Source of the DNA: an uncultured Solirubrobacterales bacterium
Lineage (GTDB): Bacteria; Actinomycetota; Thermoleophilia; Solirubrobacterales; Solirubrobacteraceae
NCBI GenBank assembly: GCA_963735965.1
Contig: CAVTNE010000010.1
Location: forward strand, 230,503 to 294,502
Reading direction: 5' to 3'
DNA: 64,000 nt
Shown in pieces: positions 28,498-39,019 of the stretch (the stretch's first letter is position 1; the number at the start of each line of letters is the position of its first letter). A program made the position numbers and the translations under genes. The notes under the pieces are model-generated. The model was not told the DNA's origin. It made no database searches and saw only the letters and a program-made list of their open reading frames with translations.

Positions 28498-29930
28498 GTG
28501 GACGATCCAAGACATCCGCGTCGGCGACTGACTCGCCGGGGGCTGCTCAAGAGCGGCGCGTTCGGAGCGGCGCTGACCTTGCCCGGTGTTCGCAGCGCGG
28601 TCATGAGCGCGAGCGCGATGGCCGCCACCCGAGTCCCGGACAGCCTTCCCGACCCGAGCCGCCCAGCCGGGACCGCCACCGCGGCCATGCCGTTCGACCA
28701 CGTCGTGTGCGTGATGATGGAGAACCACTCGTTCGACAACCTGCTGGGCGCGCTGCCGCGACTGGGCCAGCCCCATGCGGATGCCTCACGTTCGACCGCG
28801 CGGGCCAGGCGACCAACTCCAACCCCAGCTCGAACGGGACGGTTACGTCGTTCGTGCTCACCAACACCGAGCAGGCCGGGAGCGTCGATCAGTCCTGGGA
28901 CGCCACCCACCAGCAGATCGACGGCGGCAAGATGGACGGGTTCGTCACGTCGGTCAACTCGGTCGAGCCGATGGGCTACTGGACCGACGAGGTGTTGCCG
29001 TTCGCCTACTCGCTGGCGCGGACCTTCTGCCTGGCGAACCGCTGGTTCTGCTCGGCCCCGTGCCAGACGTACCCCAACCGCCGGTTCCTGATGGCCGGCA
29101 CGGCGTACGGAGACATCGCCACCGACACCCAGAGCCTCGAGGACGCCCCACCTCCGAACGGCACGATCTTCGATCGGCTGCACGTCTACGGGATCAGCTG
29201 GACCAACTACTTCACCGACCTCCCACAGACCGGAATCATCCCCTCGATCATCGAGAAGTACCCGGGCAACCTGGCGCCTATCGCGAAGTTCCTGACCGAT
29301 TGCGCGGCGGGAACGCTGCCGAGCGTGAGCTTCGTCGACCCCGAGTTCGGCGTTCTTTCCGACATCGGCTCGCCGTTGGCGTCGCTCCCTCAAGTGGCGA
29401 CGCAGCCGACGGTGGCTGAGGTCCTCCAGAACGCGAACGGCATTGGCGGCGACCAGGAGAGCCCACAGGACATGTATTACGGCGAGGCGTGGGCGTACCA
29501 GATCCTTCAGGCCGTACTCGACTCTCCAGCCTGGGCGCGCACGCTGCTGATCTACACCTACGACGAGCACGGTGGTTATTACGACCATGTTCCGCCGCCG
29601 GCGGCGATCGCGCCCGACTCGATACCCCCGAACCTGTCCCCCGGCGACGCCCCGGGCGGTTACAACCTCTACGGGCCGCGCGTCCCCGGGATCGTCGCGT
29701 CCCCCTATTCGAAACCGAACGGAGTGACGAACGTGCTTCACGACCACACCTCGGTGCTGGCCACGATCGAAGCAAAGTGGAACCTGCCCGCGCTGACCTA
29801 CCGCGACGCGAACGCGACGACCGTGATGGACTTCCTCGACGTGAACCGGGCCGCCTTCCTCGAGCCGCCGACGACGTTGGTGTCGCCTTCTCCGACCGGG
29901 CCGTCGGGACCCCTGGGAACGTCGAGCTGA
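28498..29930 (+). CDS. Tat-exported phosphoesterase (phospholipase C/acid phosphatase family), frameshifted near 28783
   Basis: TRRGLL Tat motif and MMENHSFDN in one frame; TYPNR, YDEHGGYYDHV, GPRVP, DHTS in another. One added base (gat ggc ctc) restores the frame. Confidence 0.85.
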
Positions 29931-31141
29931 TGGCCATTCGACGCCCCGGGCTCCTCCGTCGCCGCCGTAACGTCGTCGCAGCGATCTGCGCGGCCGCCGC
30001 GGCCTGCGCGACCCTGATCCTCGCCCTGCTTCCGGCGGGCGCTCCCGCGGCTGGCTTCCAGCTGCCGCCGGTCCGTCACGTGTTCGTGATCATGCTCGAA
30101 AACCAAAACTACGCCGGAACGTTCGGCGACCCATCCGCCGATCCGTACCTGGCCAGCACGCTGCCCAAGGAGGGAGCGCTGCTGAATGACTACTACGCCA
30201 CCGGCCACGAGAGCAACGACAACTACATCTCGATCGTCTCGGGCCAGCCGCCGAACCCGCAGAACCAGGCCGACTGCCAGATCTTCGACGACTTCGTCGG
30301 CGCCGATCTGCTGTCAAATGGTGTCGAGTCCGGTACCGGTTGCGTGTACCCGGCCAGCGTCCAGAACATCGGGAACCAGTTGTCGGCCGCCGGGCTGAAT
30401 TGGAAGGCGTACGAGGAGGACATGGGGAACGACCCCAATCGGGAGACGGCCGCCTGCGGCCACCCCGCGTTGAACTCCCAGGACCAGACCCAGAGCGCGG
30501 AAGCCGGCGATGGCTACGCCACGCGCCACAACCCGTTCGTCTACTTCCACTCGGTGATCGACAATCAGACGTACTGCGACCAGCACGTGGTCGCTCTTGG
30601 GTCGCCGACCGGCGCGATGCCGGCCGCCGCGCTCGGCGGCGAGACCGGCCTTGCCACCGACCTGAAAAAGATCTCGACCACGCCGGCGCTGTCGTTCATC
30701 ACACCGAACCTGTGCGACGACGGCCACGACTACCCGTGCACGAACCAGTCGAGCGGCGCATCGGCACTCACGGACATCGACACCTTCCTGCAGACCTGGG
30801 TGCCGCTGATCACGAACTCGCCGGCATACAAGAAGAACGGGCTGCTCGAGATCACCTTCGACGAGTCGGACGGCCCCCAATCGGACGCCTCGGCGTGCTG
30901 CGGCGAGCAGCCGGGCCCGGGAGACTCGCCGCTCCCTGGCATCACCGGGCCGGGCGGCGGACTGGTTGGCGCCGTCCTGCTGTCGCCGTTCATCGCCCCG
31001 GGCACGGTCGTCGACACCCCGTACAACCCCTACTCGTCGCTGGGAAGCTGGGAGACGCTGTTGGGGCTGCCCCGGCTGGCCGATGCCGCCAGCGTCCCGG
31101 CGACATTCGGGTCTGACGTGTTCAGGGCGTCGACGGGCTGA
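29930..31141 (+). CDS. Secreted phosphoesterase-family protein
   Basis: Signal peptide, HVFVIMLEN, HESNDNY, RHNPF, FITPNLCDDGHD, ITFDE; TGATG coupling to the upstream gene. Confidence 0.85.
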   Translation: MAIRRPGLLRRRRNVVAAICAAAAACATLILALLPAGAPAAGFQLPPVRHVFVIMLENQNYAGTFGDPSADPYLASTLPKEGALLNDYYATGHESNDNYISIVSGQPPNPQNQADCQIFDDFVGADLLSNGVESGTGCVYPASVQNIGNQLSAAGLNWKAYEEDMGNDPNRETAACGHPALNSQDQTQSAEAGDGYATRHNPFVYFHSVIDNQTYCDQHVVALGSPTGAMPAAALGGETGLATDLKKISTTPALSFITPNLCDDGHDYPCTNQSSGASALTDIDTFLQTWVPLITNSPAYKKNGLLEITFDESDGPQSDASACCGEQPGPGDSPLPGITGPGGGLVGAVLLSPFIAPGTVVDTPYNPYSSLGSWETLLGLPRLADAASVPATFGSDVFRASTG

Positions 31142-31154
31142 CCGGCGACGCGCC

Positions 31155-31214
31155 ATGGACCTGCCTGACGACCTGCAGGGGCGGACGCTCAGCCGGCGAG
31201 CACTCCTGCGCTAG
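31155..31214 (+). pseudogene. Truncated remnant encoding only a Tat-like signal start
   Basis: MDLPDDLQGRTLSRRALLR then stop, 13 nt after the phosphoesterase. Confidence 0.45.
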
Positions 31215-31216
31215 CG

Positions 31217-32698
31217 TCAGCTCGGCTCGAACCCCGGCAGGACGAGCTCAATCGTGGCACCGTGCCCATTCTGCGAGTCGCGGACGCGAACGGTGCCGCG
31301 GTGAGCCTCGGCGATCGCGCGCACGATCGCGAGCCCGAGCCCGGCGCCGCCGGGCGCCGAGCGTGATCGCCCCCCGTCCGTCCGGTGAAACCGCTCGAAC
31401 ACGCGCTCACGCTCGGCCTTGGGGATTCCGGGGCCGTCGTCGAGAACGGCGAAGCGGATCCGATCCGGCGCCAGCTGGGTGACGTCGAGACGGACGAGGC
31501 CGTCGCGCTCATCGGTGTGCTCGATCGCGTTACGGGCGAGGTTGCGGAGCGCCTGGGCGAGACGATCGGGGTCGGCCTCGAGCGAACCGTCGACGACCGT
31601 GCCCAGCTCGAACCTGCGCTCGGCGGTCAGGCTCATGCCATCCCAGAGCTCCGTGACGAACGGCCGGACGTCGATCGTCTCTGCCCGTAGGAAGTCGGTC
31701 CTCTCGGCCTGCGCGAGAATGAGCAGATCGTCGACGAGCCGGCTGACCCGGGTGATCTCGGCCTGAACCAGCTTTTCGACGCGGGTCACTTCGTCAGCCG
31801 ACGGATTCTCCTGTGCCGCCAGCACCTCGAGCTGACCGCGGATCACGGTGAGGGGTGTACGCAGCTCATGCGATGCGTCGGCCACAAACTCGCGCTGGCT
31901 GGCGAACGCTTCGGAGAGGCGGTCGAGCATTCGATTGAAAGCGTCCGCAAGGACCCGCACCTCGTCCCGGCGGCTGCTCGATATCTCCATCCGCGGGTCG
32001 AGGTCACCGGCGTCGACGCGTGTTGCCACCTGCGCCATCCCCCGAAGCGGCGCCGACACGCGCGCACCAGCGAGGTACGACGCGACCAAAGCGAGTATTA
32101 GAACGATTGCTCCGGCAAGTACGAACGCGCGGGCGACCCCGTTCTGGGCGCGTTCGACGAGCGCGAGCGGCTCGCCGGCACCGACGATCAGATGCAGGGT
32201 TCCGAGGTCCGCGCGACGCTCGAACAGACGCATTCGGCCAACGTCCGCGATCAGCGCAGTGGAAAAGCCGATCCGCGAGACCTCGAGGTTCTTCCCTTCG
32301 GCGTTCTCGATCCGCTGCTGGGACGCGGTCTCCCCCTCGTCGGGAGGGCCTCCGCCGAATACCTCGGGGTGATTGCTTTCAGGCGCTGCACCGGGCACCA
32401 GCACGAACAGCAGCGTCGAAGTCGCGTTGTACGGCTGGGTGATGACATACCGCGCGGCCGCCGCCGTGATCCGGCTAGGCCGCTGCCCGCTTATCGCGTT
32501 CAACGACTGGATCATCTGGCTGGTGTCGCCGCTGATGTCCCGGTCGATCTCGCTCCGCAGCTGCGCGCCCGTGTCCTGGTACACGACGAAGAACACGACG
32601 GCCGCCGACACCGCCATCACGCCCGCGACCCATGCCGTCAACCGCCAGCGGAGCCCGGCCGGCAGCGCCGAGGATATTCGCGCGCGCGCACCGGACAT
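31217..32698 (-). CDS. Sensor histidine kinase (HAMP-HisKA-HATPase)
   Basis: Two TMs, ADASHELRTPL, NLARNA, DDGPGI, FERF, GLGLAI. Confidence 0.93.
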   Translation of the reverse strand: MSGARARISSALPAGLRWRLTAWVAGVMAVSAAVVFFVVYQDTGAQLRSEIDRDISGDTSQMIQSLNAISGQRPSRITAAAARYVITQPYNATSTLLFVLVPGAAPESNHPEVFGGGPPDEGETASQQRIENAEGKNLEVSRIGFSTALIADVGRMRLFERRADLGTLHLIVGAGEPLALVERAQNGVARAFVLAGAIVLILALVASYLAGARVSAPLRGMAQVATRVDAGDLDPRMEISSSRRDEVRVLADAFNRMLDRLSEAFASQREFVADASHELRTPLTVIRGQLEVLAAQENPSADEVTRVEKLVQAEITRVSRLVDDLLILAQAERTDFLRAETIDVRPFVTELWDGMSLTAERRFELGTVVDGSLEADPDRLAQALRNLARNAIEHTDERDGLVRLDVTQLAPDRIRFAVLDDGPGIPKAERERVFERFHRTDGGRSRSAPGGAGLGLAIVRAIAEAHRGTVRVRDSQNGHGATIELVLPGFEPS

Positions 32699-32714
32699 CG
32701 GTCGCGCCCGATCG

Positions 32715-33395
32715 TTAATGGCTCGCTTCCAGCCGGTAGCCGACCGAGCGAACCGTGACGATCGGCGGGTTCGTGCCCTGACGGCGGAGCTTGCGGCGCA
32801 GGTATCCGATGTAGACGTCGACGACGTTCGTTCCGGGGTCGTATTCGTAGCCCCACACTGCGCGCAGGATCTGCTCACGCGAGAGAACGTGGCCGCGGTT
32901 GTTGATGAGGTAGGCGAGCAATTCGAACTCGGTAGTCGACAGCCGGACGAGCTCGCCGCCCCGGCGGACTTCGCGGGTCAGCAGGTTCACCTCTATGTCG
33001 CCGGCGCTCAGCGTTGTCCGGGGAGATTGCGCCGCGGCGCGCAACTGAGCGCGGATCCGGGCCGCAAGTTCGGTGAGCGAGAACGGCTTGGTGAGGTAGT
33101 CGACTGCGCCGGCGTCGAGGCCCGCGACGCGATGCTCGACTTCGCCGAGCGCCGTCAGCACGATCACCGGCAGCCCGGGTTTCGTGTCGTGCAGCGCGGT
33201 GAGCACGTCGAGACCGCTGCGCCCGGGAAGCATCAGATCGAGCACGACGAGATCCACGTCCTCGGTCTGTGCGGTCACCGCGCCGCCCGAGCCGTCCATC
33301 GAGGAGATCACGTCGAAGCCCTGGGCGCGGAGTCCACGCTCGAGAAAATCGACGATCCCGGGTTCGTCTTCTATTACGAGAATCAATCCAGGCAT
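32715..33395 (-). CDS. OmpR-family response regulator
   Basis: VIEDE, LDLMLP, DYLTKPF, NVVDVYIGYLRRKL, TVRSVGY. Confidence 0.95.
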   Translation of the reverse strand: MPGLILVIEDEPGIVDFLERGLRAQGFDVISSMDGSGGAVTAQTEDVDLVVLDLMLPGRSGLDVLTALHDTKPGLPVIVLTALGEVEHRVAGLDAGAVDYLTKPFSLTELAARIRAQLRAAAQSPRTTLSAGDIEVNLLTREVRRGGELVRLSTTEFELLAYLINNRGHVLSREQILRAVWGYEYDPGTNVVDVYIGYLRRKLRRQGTNPPIVTVRSVGYRLEASH

Positions 33396-33475
33396 GACAA
33401 ACCGCCGCCGCCTCGGGGGCGATACGTCGCCCGATGATAAAGGCGGCCATCGTGGGCCGCCCGGGTGAAGAGCTT

Positions 33476-33503
33476 TCTCATCCAGGCCTCACACTGGACT
33501 TAC
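33476..33503 (+). promoter_or_regulatory. Candidate OmpR-family binding site
   Basis: TCTCAT, CCTCAC and ACTTAC at exact 11-bp spacing between the divergent regulator and membrane-protein genes. Confidence 0.5.
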
Positions 33504-33528
33504 GGTCGCGCGGACAGAATCGAGTCCC

Positions 33529-34224
33529 ATGGGGACGAGTGACGATGCCATAGTCGGGCGGCATGACGAACTCCGGCCCCGTGCCCAGCTTGCGCGGCGG
33601 TGGCGCTCAAAGTCGCTCACAGGCGGCGGCGCCGACGGCAACGAGCAGCTGACCGCGGTCAACGGCGCGATCCTGATCGTTCTGCTCGCGGTCATCGGAT
33701 TCACCATCCCGCAGCTGAGCCAGTTCATCTGGTTGCATCTGTTCGTCGGTCTGCTGGTCATCGGACCGGTCGTGCTCAAGATGGCGAGCACGGGATACCG
33801 GTTCCTGCGCTACTACTCCCACGACGCCGAATACCGGCGTAAGGGTCCTCCCGAGATTGTGCTGCGCCTGACCGCGCCGCTCGTGGTGATCTCGACAGTC
33901 GGAGTGTTCGTCACCGGCATTGCACTGCTGATCGTAGGACCGGCGCATCGCGACCCGTGGCTGCTGCTCCACAAGGTGACGTTCATCGTCTGGATCGTGT
34001 TCACGAGCCTCCACATCCTCGGGCATCTGCCCGCCGTGGCACGGGCGCTTGGAATCGGAGGGCGCGAACAGCTGCAGCGCGTCAACGCCGCCGGCGGCGC
34101 TACCGGGCGCTGGCTCGCTTTGACGAGCGCGCTCGTGGGAGGGCTCGTGCTCGCGATCGTGTTGATCCCGTCGTTCGCGAGCTGGACCGTGCACTCGGTG
34201 TTCATGCACCATCACCACCACTGA
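33529..34224 (+). CDS. Multi-pass membrane protein with intramembrane His residues and poly-His tail
   Basis: About 5 hydrophobic helices; LHLFVG, LHKVTF, LHILGH; ends HHHHH. Confidence 0.72.
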   Translation: MGTSDDAIVGRHDELRPRAQLARRWRSKSLTGGGADGNEQLTAVNGAILIVLLAVIGFTIPQLSQFIWLHLFVGLLVIGPVVLKMASTGYRFLRYYSHDAEYRRKGPPEIVLRLTAPLVVISTVGVFVTGIALLIVGPAHRDPWLLLHKVTFIVWIVFTSLHILGHLPAVARALGIGGREQLQRVNAAGGATGRWLALTSALVGGLVLAIVLIPSFASWTVHSVFMHHHHH

Positions 34225-34318
34225 GCGCGCGGCCGGCCCGACGGCATCACGCCTTCGGTCCACCGCGTATCAACCGGATGCGCGATGGACCGAGTTAGAC
34301 GATTGCGTCAGTTGTGGC

Positions 34319-35158
34319 CTAGCCGCAGGTGGAAGCCCACGCGCAGGCGTCGAACCGGTCGGCGCTGGAGTTCGGCGCCGAGGGCGCGCCGATCACGTTG
34401 CCGTTCGAGTCCGTGAGATCCATCTCCTCGGACGCCTTGAGACCAGCCGGGGCACCATTGACGGTGGCAGAGCTGAACGCGGGATTGGTCAGGTTGGGCA
34501 GTGCCGCGAACCCGGCGTTGGTGCCGATCTCGAGCGGGGTCTCCTGGATCCACTCGGCGCTCGCGTGAGTGGATGGGTACGGCGCCGTCTGAGTGAACGT
34601 CTCGCCGCGCGTCACGTCCTGAATCGTGATCGTCCAAACATCGGAGTCGGCAACGACCTCGGAGATCGACGCGTGCATGTGGTCACCCGGCACGACCGTC
34701 ATGTTGCTGATGGTCAGCGACGGCGCGGGGACCAGCTCCCACCATGCCGAATATGACGCGGCTCCAGTTGCGTCGACATCTTGCTCGGTGCCGGTCTGAA
34801 TCACCGTCGAGTCGGTCGCCGTACAACCAGCGTCGATGCAACCGCCGCCGATCCCGATCCAATCCGAGGAGTCCTCGGCCTGGCCACCGGTGTGCTGGGT
34901 CGCGGTCGGAACCGTCCAGTCACCCGTGATCGAGTTGAACAGCTTGCTTCCCTGCTCGAGCGTCCCCTGGTTGTAACCGAACCAGTTGCTGCTCGAGTTC
35001 GTGTTTGCGCGCAGATGTGGCGCAAGGCGCAGTAGCTGGCCGTGGGAAGTGAGAGCAGCAGATGCGCTCGCCGCGGCCACGCCACAGGTTGCCAACGACA
35101 CAGACAGAACTACACCCAGGCGCCTCAGCCGGCTGGGTGATAAGGCCCTTCGATTCAT
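34319..35158 (-). CDS. Secreted glutamic peptidase, family G1
   Basis: Signal peptide, SSNWFGY, WIGIGG, IQTG, AWWE, SAEWIQE. Confidence 0.88.
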   Translation of the reverse strand: MNRRALSPSRLRRLGVVLSVSLATCGVAAASASAALTSHGQLLRLAPHLRANTNSSSNWFGYNQGTLEQGSKLFNSITGDWTVPTATQHTGGQAEDSSDWIGIGGGCIDAGCTATDSTVIQTGTEQDVDATGAASYSAWWELVPAPSLTISNMTVVPGDHMHASISEVVADSDVWTITIQDVTRGETFTQTAPYPSTHASAEWIQETPLEIGTNAGFAALPNLTNPAFSSATVNGAPAGLKASEEMDLTDSNGNVIGAPSAPNSSADRFDACAWASTCG

Positions 35159-35306
35159 CGAGGTCCCTTTCCTCGGCGGCTGGCGGATCTAAGCCGCCGC
35201 ACCTCCCGCAGAGCGACCCGCCATCGTGACGTATACCCGCGCCAAGCGAATTCCACGCGGATGTGTGAGCGCGCGGACGCGACTGCGGCGCGGTCCAACG
35301 CGGGTG

Positions 35307-36722
35307 TCAGCGTGCGTACTCGACCGCGCGCGACTCCCGGATCACCGTGACCTTGATCTGTCCGGGGTACTCGAGCTCCTTCTCTATCTCTCTCGCGATC
35401 TCGTACGACAGCGCCGTCGCGGCGTCGTCATCGATCGCGCCCGGCTGAACCATCACCCGGATCTCGCGGCCGGCCTGCATCGCGTAGACCTTGTCGACGC
35501 CCTTGTGACGAGTGGCGATCTGCTCGAGGTCTCGCAGCCGCTTGACGTACTGCTCGAGCGACTCGCCCCGGGCTCCAGGCCGCGCGCCCGACAGCGCATC
35601 CGCGGCCTGCACGATGACCGCCTCGATCGTCTGCGGCTCGACCTCGTTGTGGTGGGCCTCCATCGCGTGCGCCACCGCTTCGGACTCGCCGTACTTGCGC
35701 GCAAGTTCACCGCCCACGAGCGCGTGCGGTCCCTCCACCTCGTGCGTCACCGCCTTGCCGATGTCGTGAAGCAGCGCGGCGCGCCGAGCAGTGCGCGCGC
35801 TCGCCCCGAGCTCCGCGGCCATCATCGCGGCCAGGCGCGACACCTCGATCGAGTGCGCGAGCACGTTCTGGCCGTAGCTGGTTCGGAACCGAAGCCTTCC
35901 AAGCACCTTGATCAGCTCAGGGTGAACGCTCTGGACGCCGGCGTCGAACACCGCCTCCTCGCCCATCTCGACGATGTGTCCCTCGAGCTCGGACTTGGCC
36001 TGGTAGTACATCTCCTCGATCCGCGCGGGATGAATTCGTCCGTCCTGAAGCAGCTTCTCGAGCGTCAGCCGCGCGATCTCGCGGCGCACGCCGTCGAAAC
36101 CGGACAGCACCACCGCGCCCGGCGTGTCGTCGATGATGAAGTCGACCCCGGTCAGGTTCTCGAGCGCACGGATGTTGCGACCCTCGCGGCCGATGATCCT
36201 GCCCTTCATGTCGTCAGCCGAGAGCTGGACGACCGACACCGTGGTCTCGGCGGCGTGGCCCGCCGCAAGACGCTGCATGCAGACCGACAGGATGTTCCGG
36301 ACCCGGCGCTCGGCCTCGCGCTTGGTCTCCTCTTCGATCTGACGGATGCGACGCGCGGCGTCGTGCTTGGCCTGCTCCTCAACCTTCTGGAGCAGCAGCT
36401 GCTTCGCGCGGCCGGCCGACAGCCCCGAAACCTGCTCGAGCGAGCGCTCTAGCTCATGGCGGGCGTCGGCGAGCGCCGCCCGCTGCTTCTCGACCTCCGC
36501 CTCGCGACTCGCGAGCGCCTCCTCCCGACGCGCCACCGCCGCCGTGCGCTCGAGCATCTCGGCGTCGTTGCGCCGTGGGTTCGGGGGCGGCGCGGCTACG
36601 ACTGCCGCACCCGGGGCCGGACCCGCCACGGCGGCCGTCCGGGCGCCGTGCATCCGACCGTAGCTGATGGCCGCAACCACGATTCCCACCGCGATCAGAG
36701 CTGCGGCCCCGATGATTTCCAT
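35307..36722 (-). CDS. rny: Ribonuclease Y
   Basis: N-terminal TM, coiled coil, KH ([13 protein letters not shown]), HD (LLHDIGK), [10 protein letters not shown]. Confidence 0.96.
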   Translation of the reverse strand: MEIIGAAALIAVGIVVAAISYGRMHGARTAAVAGPAPGAAVVAAPPPNPRRNDAEMLERTAAVARREEALASREAEVEKQRAALADARHELERSLEQVSGLSAGRAKQLLLQKVEEQAKHDAARRIRQIEEETKREAERRVRNILSVCMQRLAAGHAAETTVSVVQLSADDMKGRIIGREGRNIRALENLTGVDFIIDDTPGAVVLSGFDGVRREIARLTLEKLLQDGRIHPARIEEMYYQAKSELEGHIVEMGEEAVFDAGVQSVHPELIKVLGRLRFRTSYGQNVLAHSIEVSRLAAMMAAELGASARTARRAALLHDIGKAVTHEVEGPHALVGGELARKYGESEAVAHAMEAHHNEVEPQTIEAVIVQAADALSGARPGARGESLEQYVKRLRDLEQIATRHKGVDKVYAMQAGREIRVMVQPGAIDDDAATALSYEIAREIEKELEYPGQIKVTVIRESRAVEYAR

Positions 36723-36998
36723 GGTCGATCCTCTCCGTGCGGTTCCGGCGTAGTGCCGGGACCTACTTCAAAGCTTTGATTTTCGGAGCGACCGATTGGC
36801 CCGCGCGAGCCTGCGCAGACGGATGCCGGTACGGCGGTTGGTGCCTGCCTTCAGTCGGCGGCTACCCGGCGGGTTCTAGGTCTTGTCTGTATGGACCAGG
36901 TGGCCCGATGGCCTCTGCCGTCAACAATTAGTCCGGAATCCAAGATATACGAAATTTGCTGGTGTTCTTTGCGGCCCGTGGGCCCTTCGTTCGCTACT
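36723..36998 (-). ncRNA. Candidate structured RNA or long 5' leader of rny
   Basis: About 275 nt of non-coding, lower-GC sequence after a clear promoter, with several complementary segments. Family not established. Confidence 0.35.
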
Positions 36999-37001
36999 TG
37001 G

Positions 37002-37030
37002 ATCGTAGTACCGGCGAACGGTCGGCGCAA
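37002..37030 (-). promoter_or_regulatory. Sigma-A-type promoter
   Basis: TTGCGC-17 nt-TACGAT on the minus strand. Confidence 0.6.
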
Positions 37031-37183
37031 TCCCGCGCGGTCGGTCAGCCGGCGGTCGGGGGCCGGCGGAAGCGGCGTCCGAGGCCGCCGTGAGCGGATC
37101 GCAGGTGGATGGCGGCCGGATCGCGGGCGCGTCGCGTGCCGCGAGGCCTCCGTCAGCGGACGGTGGACGTTGGCGCGCCGACG

Positions 37184-37681
37184 CTACGACGCGTCCAGAT
37201 CTCGTATATGGGCGGCGATCGCCTCAAGCGCGACGTCTGAGTCGTAACCCTTGCGCAGCAGCACGCCGAGTGCGCGCTCGCGCTCCCGGCGATCTGAAGC
37301 GGGCGAGGGGAAGCGCCGGCGCAGGACCGCGAGCGCGCGATCGATCTCGCCACCGGAGTCCTCCTCGTGCTCGCGCTCGCGCTCGACGAGCGCGGCCTCG
37401 ACGACATCGGGATCGACGCCGCGGGCGTGGAGGACCTGCCGTATCCGATCAGCGCCCCACTGGTCGAGCTCACGCTTGTCCTGGACGAACAGGCGTGCGA
37501 AGCGGGCGTCGTCCAGGTGGCCCTGCTCGGCGAGCGCCTCGATCGAGCGCTCGGTGTCCCTCGCGTCGATGCCCTTTCCCTGGAGATGCGCGCGCATCTC
37601 CGCCCGCGTGCGCTCACGCGAGTTCAGGTAGCGGTACGCGATCGCGAGCGCCCGCTCCAGACCGGCCTCGGTGTCGAGCAC
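37184..37681 (-). CDS. recX: Regulatory protein RecX
   Basis: YLNSRERTRAEM, LDDARFA, WGADRI, LLRKGY; directly after recA. Confidence 0.92.
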   Translation of the reverse strand: MLDTEAGLERALAIAYRYLNSRERTRAEMRAHLQGKGIDARDTERSIEALAEQGHLDDARFARLFVQDKRELDQWGADRIRQVLHARGVDPDVVEAALVEREREHEEDSGGEIDRALAVLRRRFPSPASDRRERERALGVLLRKGYDSDVALEAIAAHIRDLDAS

Positions 37682-37684
37682 GAG

Positions 37685-38815
37685 CTACGCGGCGCGTCCC
37701 TCGGCGGCCGCCTCTTCGCCCACGGCTTGGAGCGGCGGCCCCTCGCGCTCGATCGTCTTGACCAGGTCGCGGTTGATCCCGAGCGCCGCGTAGACCTTGG
37801 ATTCGATCTCCTTGGCCATGTCCTGGTGCTCGTCGAGGAACGCCTTGGCGTTGCCGCGCCCCTGACCGAGCCGCTCATCGCCGTAGGAGAAGAACGAGCC
37901 CGATTTGGTGACGATGTTGTGCTCGATGCCGTAGTCGAGCAGGCAGCCCGAGGTCGAGATGCCCTTGCCGAACTCGATATCGAACTCGGCCTGCTTGAAC
38001 GGCGCCGCCACCTTGTTCTTGACGACCTTCACCCGGACGCGGTTCCCGACCGCCTCGGTCCCGTCCTTGATCGTCTCGATGCGGCGGATGTCCAGGCGTT
38101 GGGAGGAATAGAACTTGAGCGCCCGACCGCCGGGCTGAGTCTCGGGCGAGCCGAACATCACGCCCACCTTCTCCCGGATCTGGTTCGTGAACACGCACAG
38201 CGTCTGGGTGCGGTTCAGGCCGCCGGTGATCTTGCGCATCGCCTGCGACATCATCCGCGCCTGCACGCCGACGGTCTGGTCGCCCATCTGCCCCTCGAGC
38301 TCAGCGCGTGGGGTGAGCGCCGCGACCGAGTCGATCGCGATCACGTCCACCGCCCCCGACCGGATCAGCATGTCGACGATCTCGAGCGCCTGCTCGCCGT
38401 AGTCGGGCTGGGACACCAGCAGCTCGTCGATGTCGAGCCCGATCCGCTGGGCGTACAGCGGATCCATCGCGTGCTCGGCGTCAATGAACGCGCATACACC
38501 ACCGAGCTTCTGGGCCTCGGCGAGGATGTGGTAGACGAGCGTGGTCTTACCGGATGATTCCGGGCCGAAGATCTCGATGATGCGCCCACGCGGGACGCCG
38601 CCGATCCCGAGCGCCAGATCAAGCGGCAAAGCGCCTGTGGGGATCGCATCGACGGCCACGCGCGCGCCCGGGTCCCCCATCCGCATGACGGTGCCCTTGC
38701 CGAACTGTCGCTCGATCTGCGTCAGAGCGCCCTGAAGCGCGGCCTGTCGCTTGGCATCCGCCTTCGGGTCAGACGTGGCCCCCGACTTCGGGCTTGCCTT
38801 GTCTTGCTCGCTCAT
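37685..38815 (-). CDS. recA: Recombinase A
   Basis: [45 protein letters not shown]. Confidence 0.98.
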   Translation of the reverse strand: MSEQDKASPKSGATSDPKADAKRQAALQGALTQIERQFGKGTVMRMGDPGARVAVDAIPTGALPLDLALGIGGVPRGRIIEIFGPESSGKTTLVYHILAEAQKLGGVCAFIDAEHAMDPLYAQRIGLDIDELLVSQPDYGEQALEIVDMLIRSGAVDVIAIDSVAALTPRAELEGQMGDQTVGVQARMMSQAMRKITGGLNRTQTLCVFTNQIREKVGVMFGSPETQPGGRALKFYSSQRLDIRRIETIKDGTEAVGNRVRVKVVKNKVAAPFKQAEFDIEFGKGISTSGCLLDYGIEHNIVTKSGSFFSYGDERLGQGRGNAKAFLDEHQDMAKEIESKVYAALGINRDLVKTIEREGPPLQAVGEEAAAEGRAA

Positions 38816-38852
38816 CTCCGTTCGGCTCCTTGTCTCATACTTTGAACCCACC

Positions 38853-38875
38853 ACGGTAGGTGGGGTGGCGGACGG
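38853..38875 (-). promoter_or_regulatory. Candidate DNA-damage promoter (PafBC/RecA-NDp-like)
   Basis: CCGTCCG-N10-TACCGT upstream of recA; same geometry at 23608-23630. Confidence 0.55.
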
Positions 38876-39019
38876 AAAAGCACGCTAGAGCCGGCGCCTT
38901 CAACGGAACAAGACACGTTCGTCATCGAACGCAAACAAGTTCGTGCCAATTGTGTGGCGGGGGTCGGATGGGTGGCGGCGTTATGGAGGGCGGGGCGGTG
39001 CGGAGGGTTGTGGCGGTGG

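Noticed and set aside
38900-38945. LexA box upstream of recA
   Set aside because: GAAC and GTTC half-sites are present but spaced 7 or 8 nt apart or everted, not GAAC-N4-GTTC.
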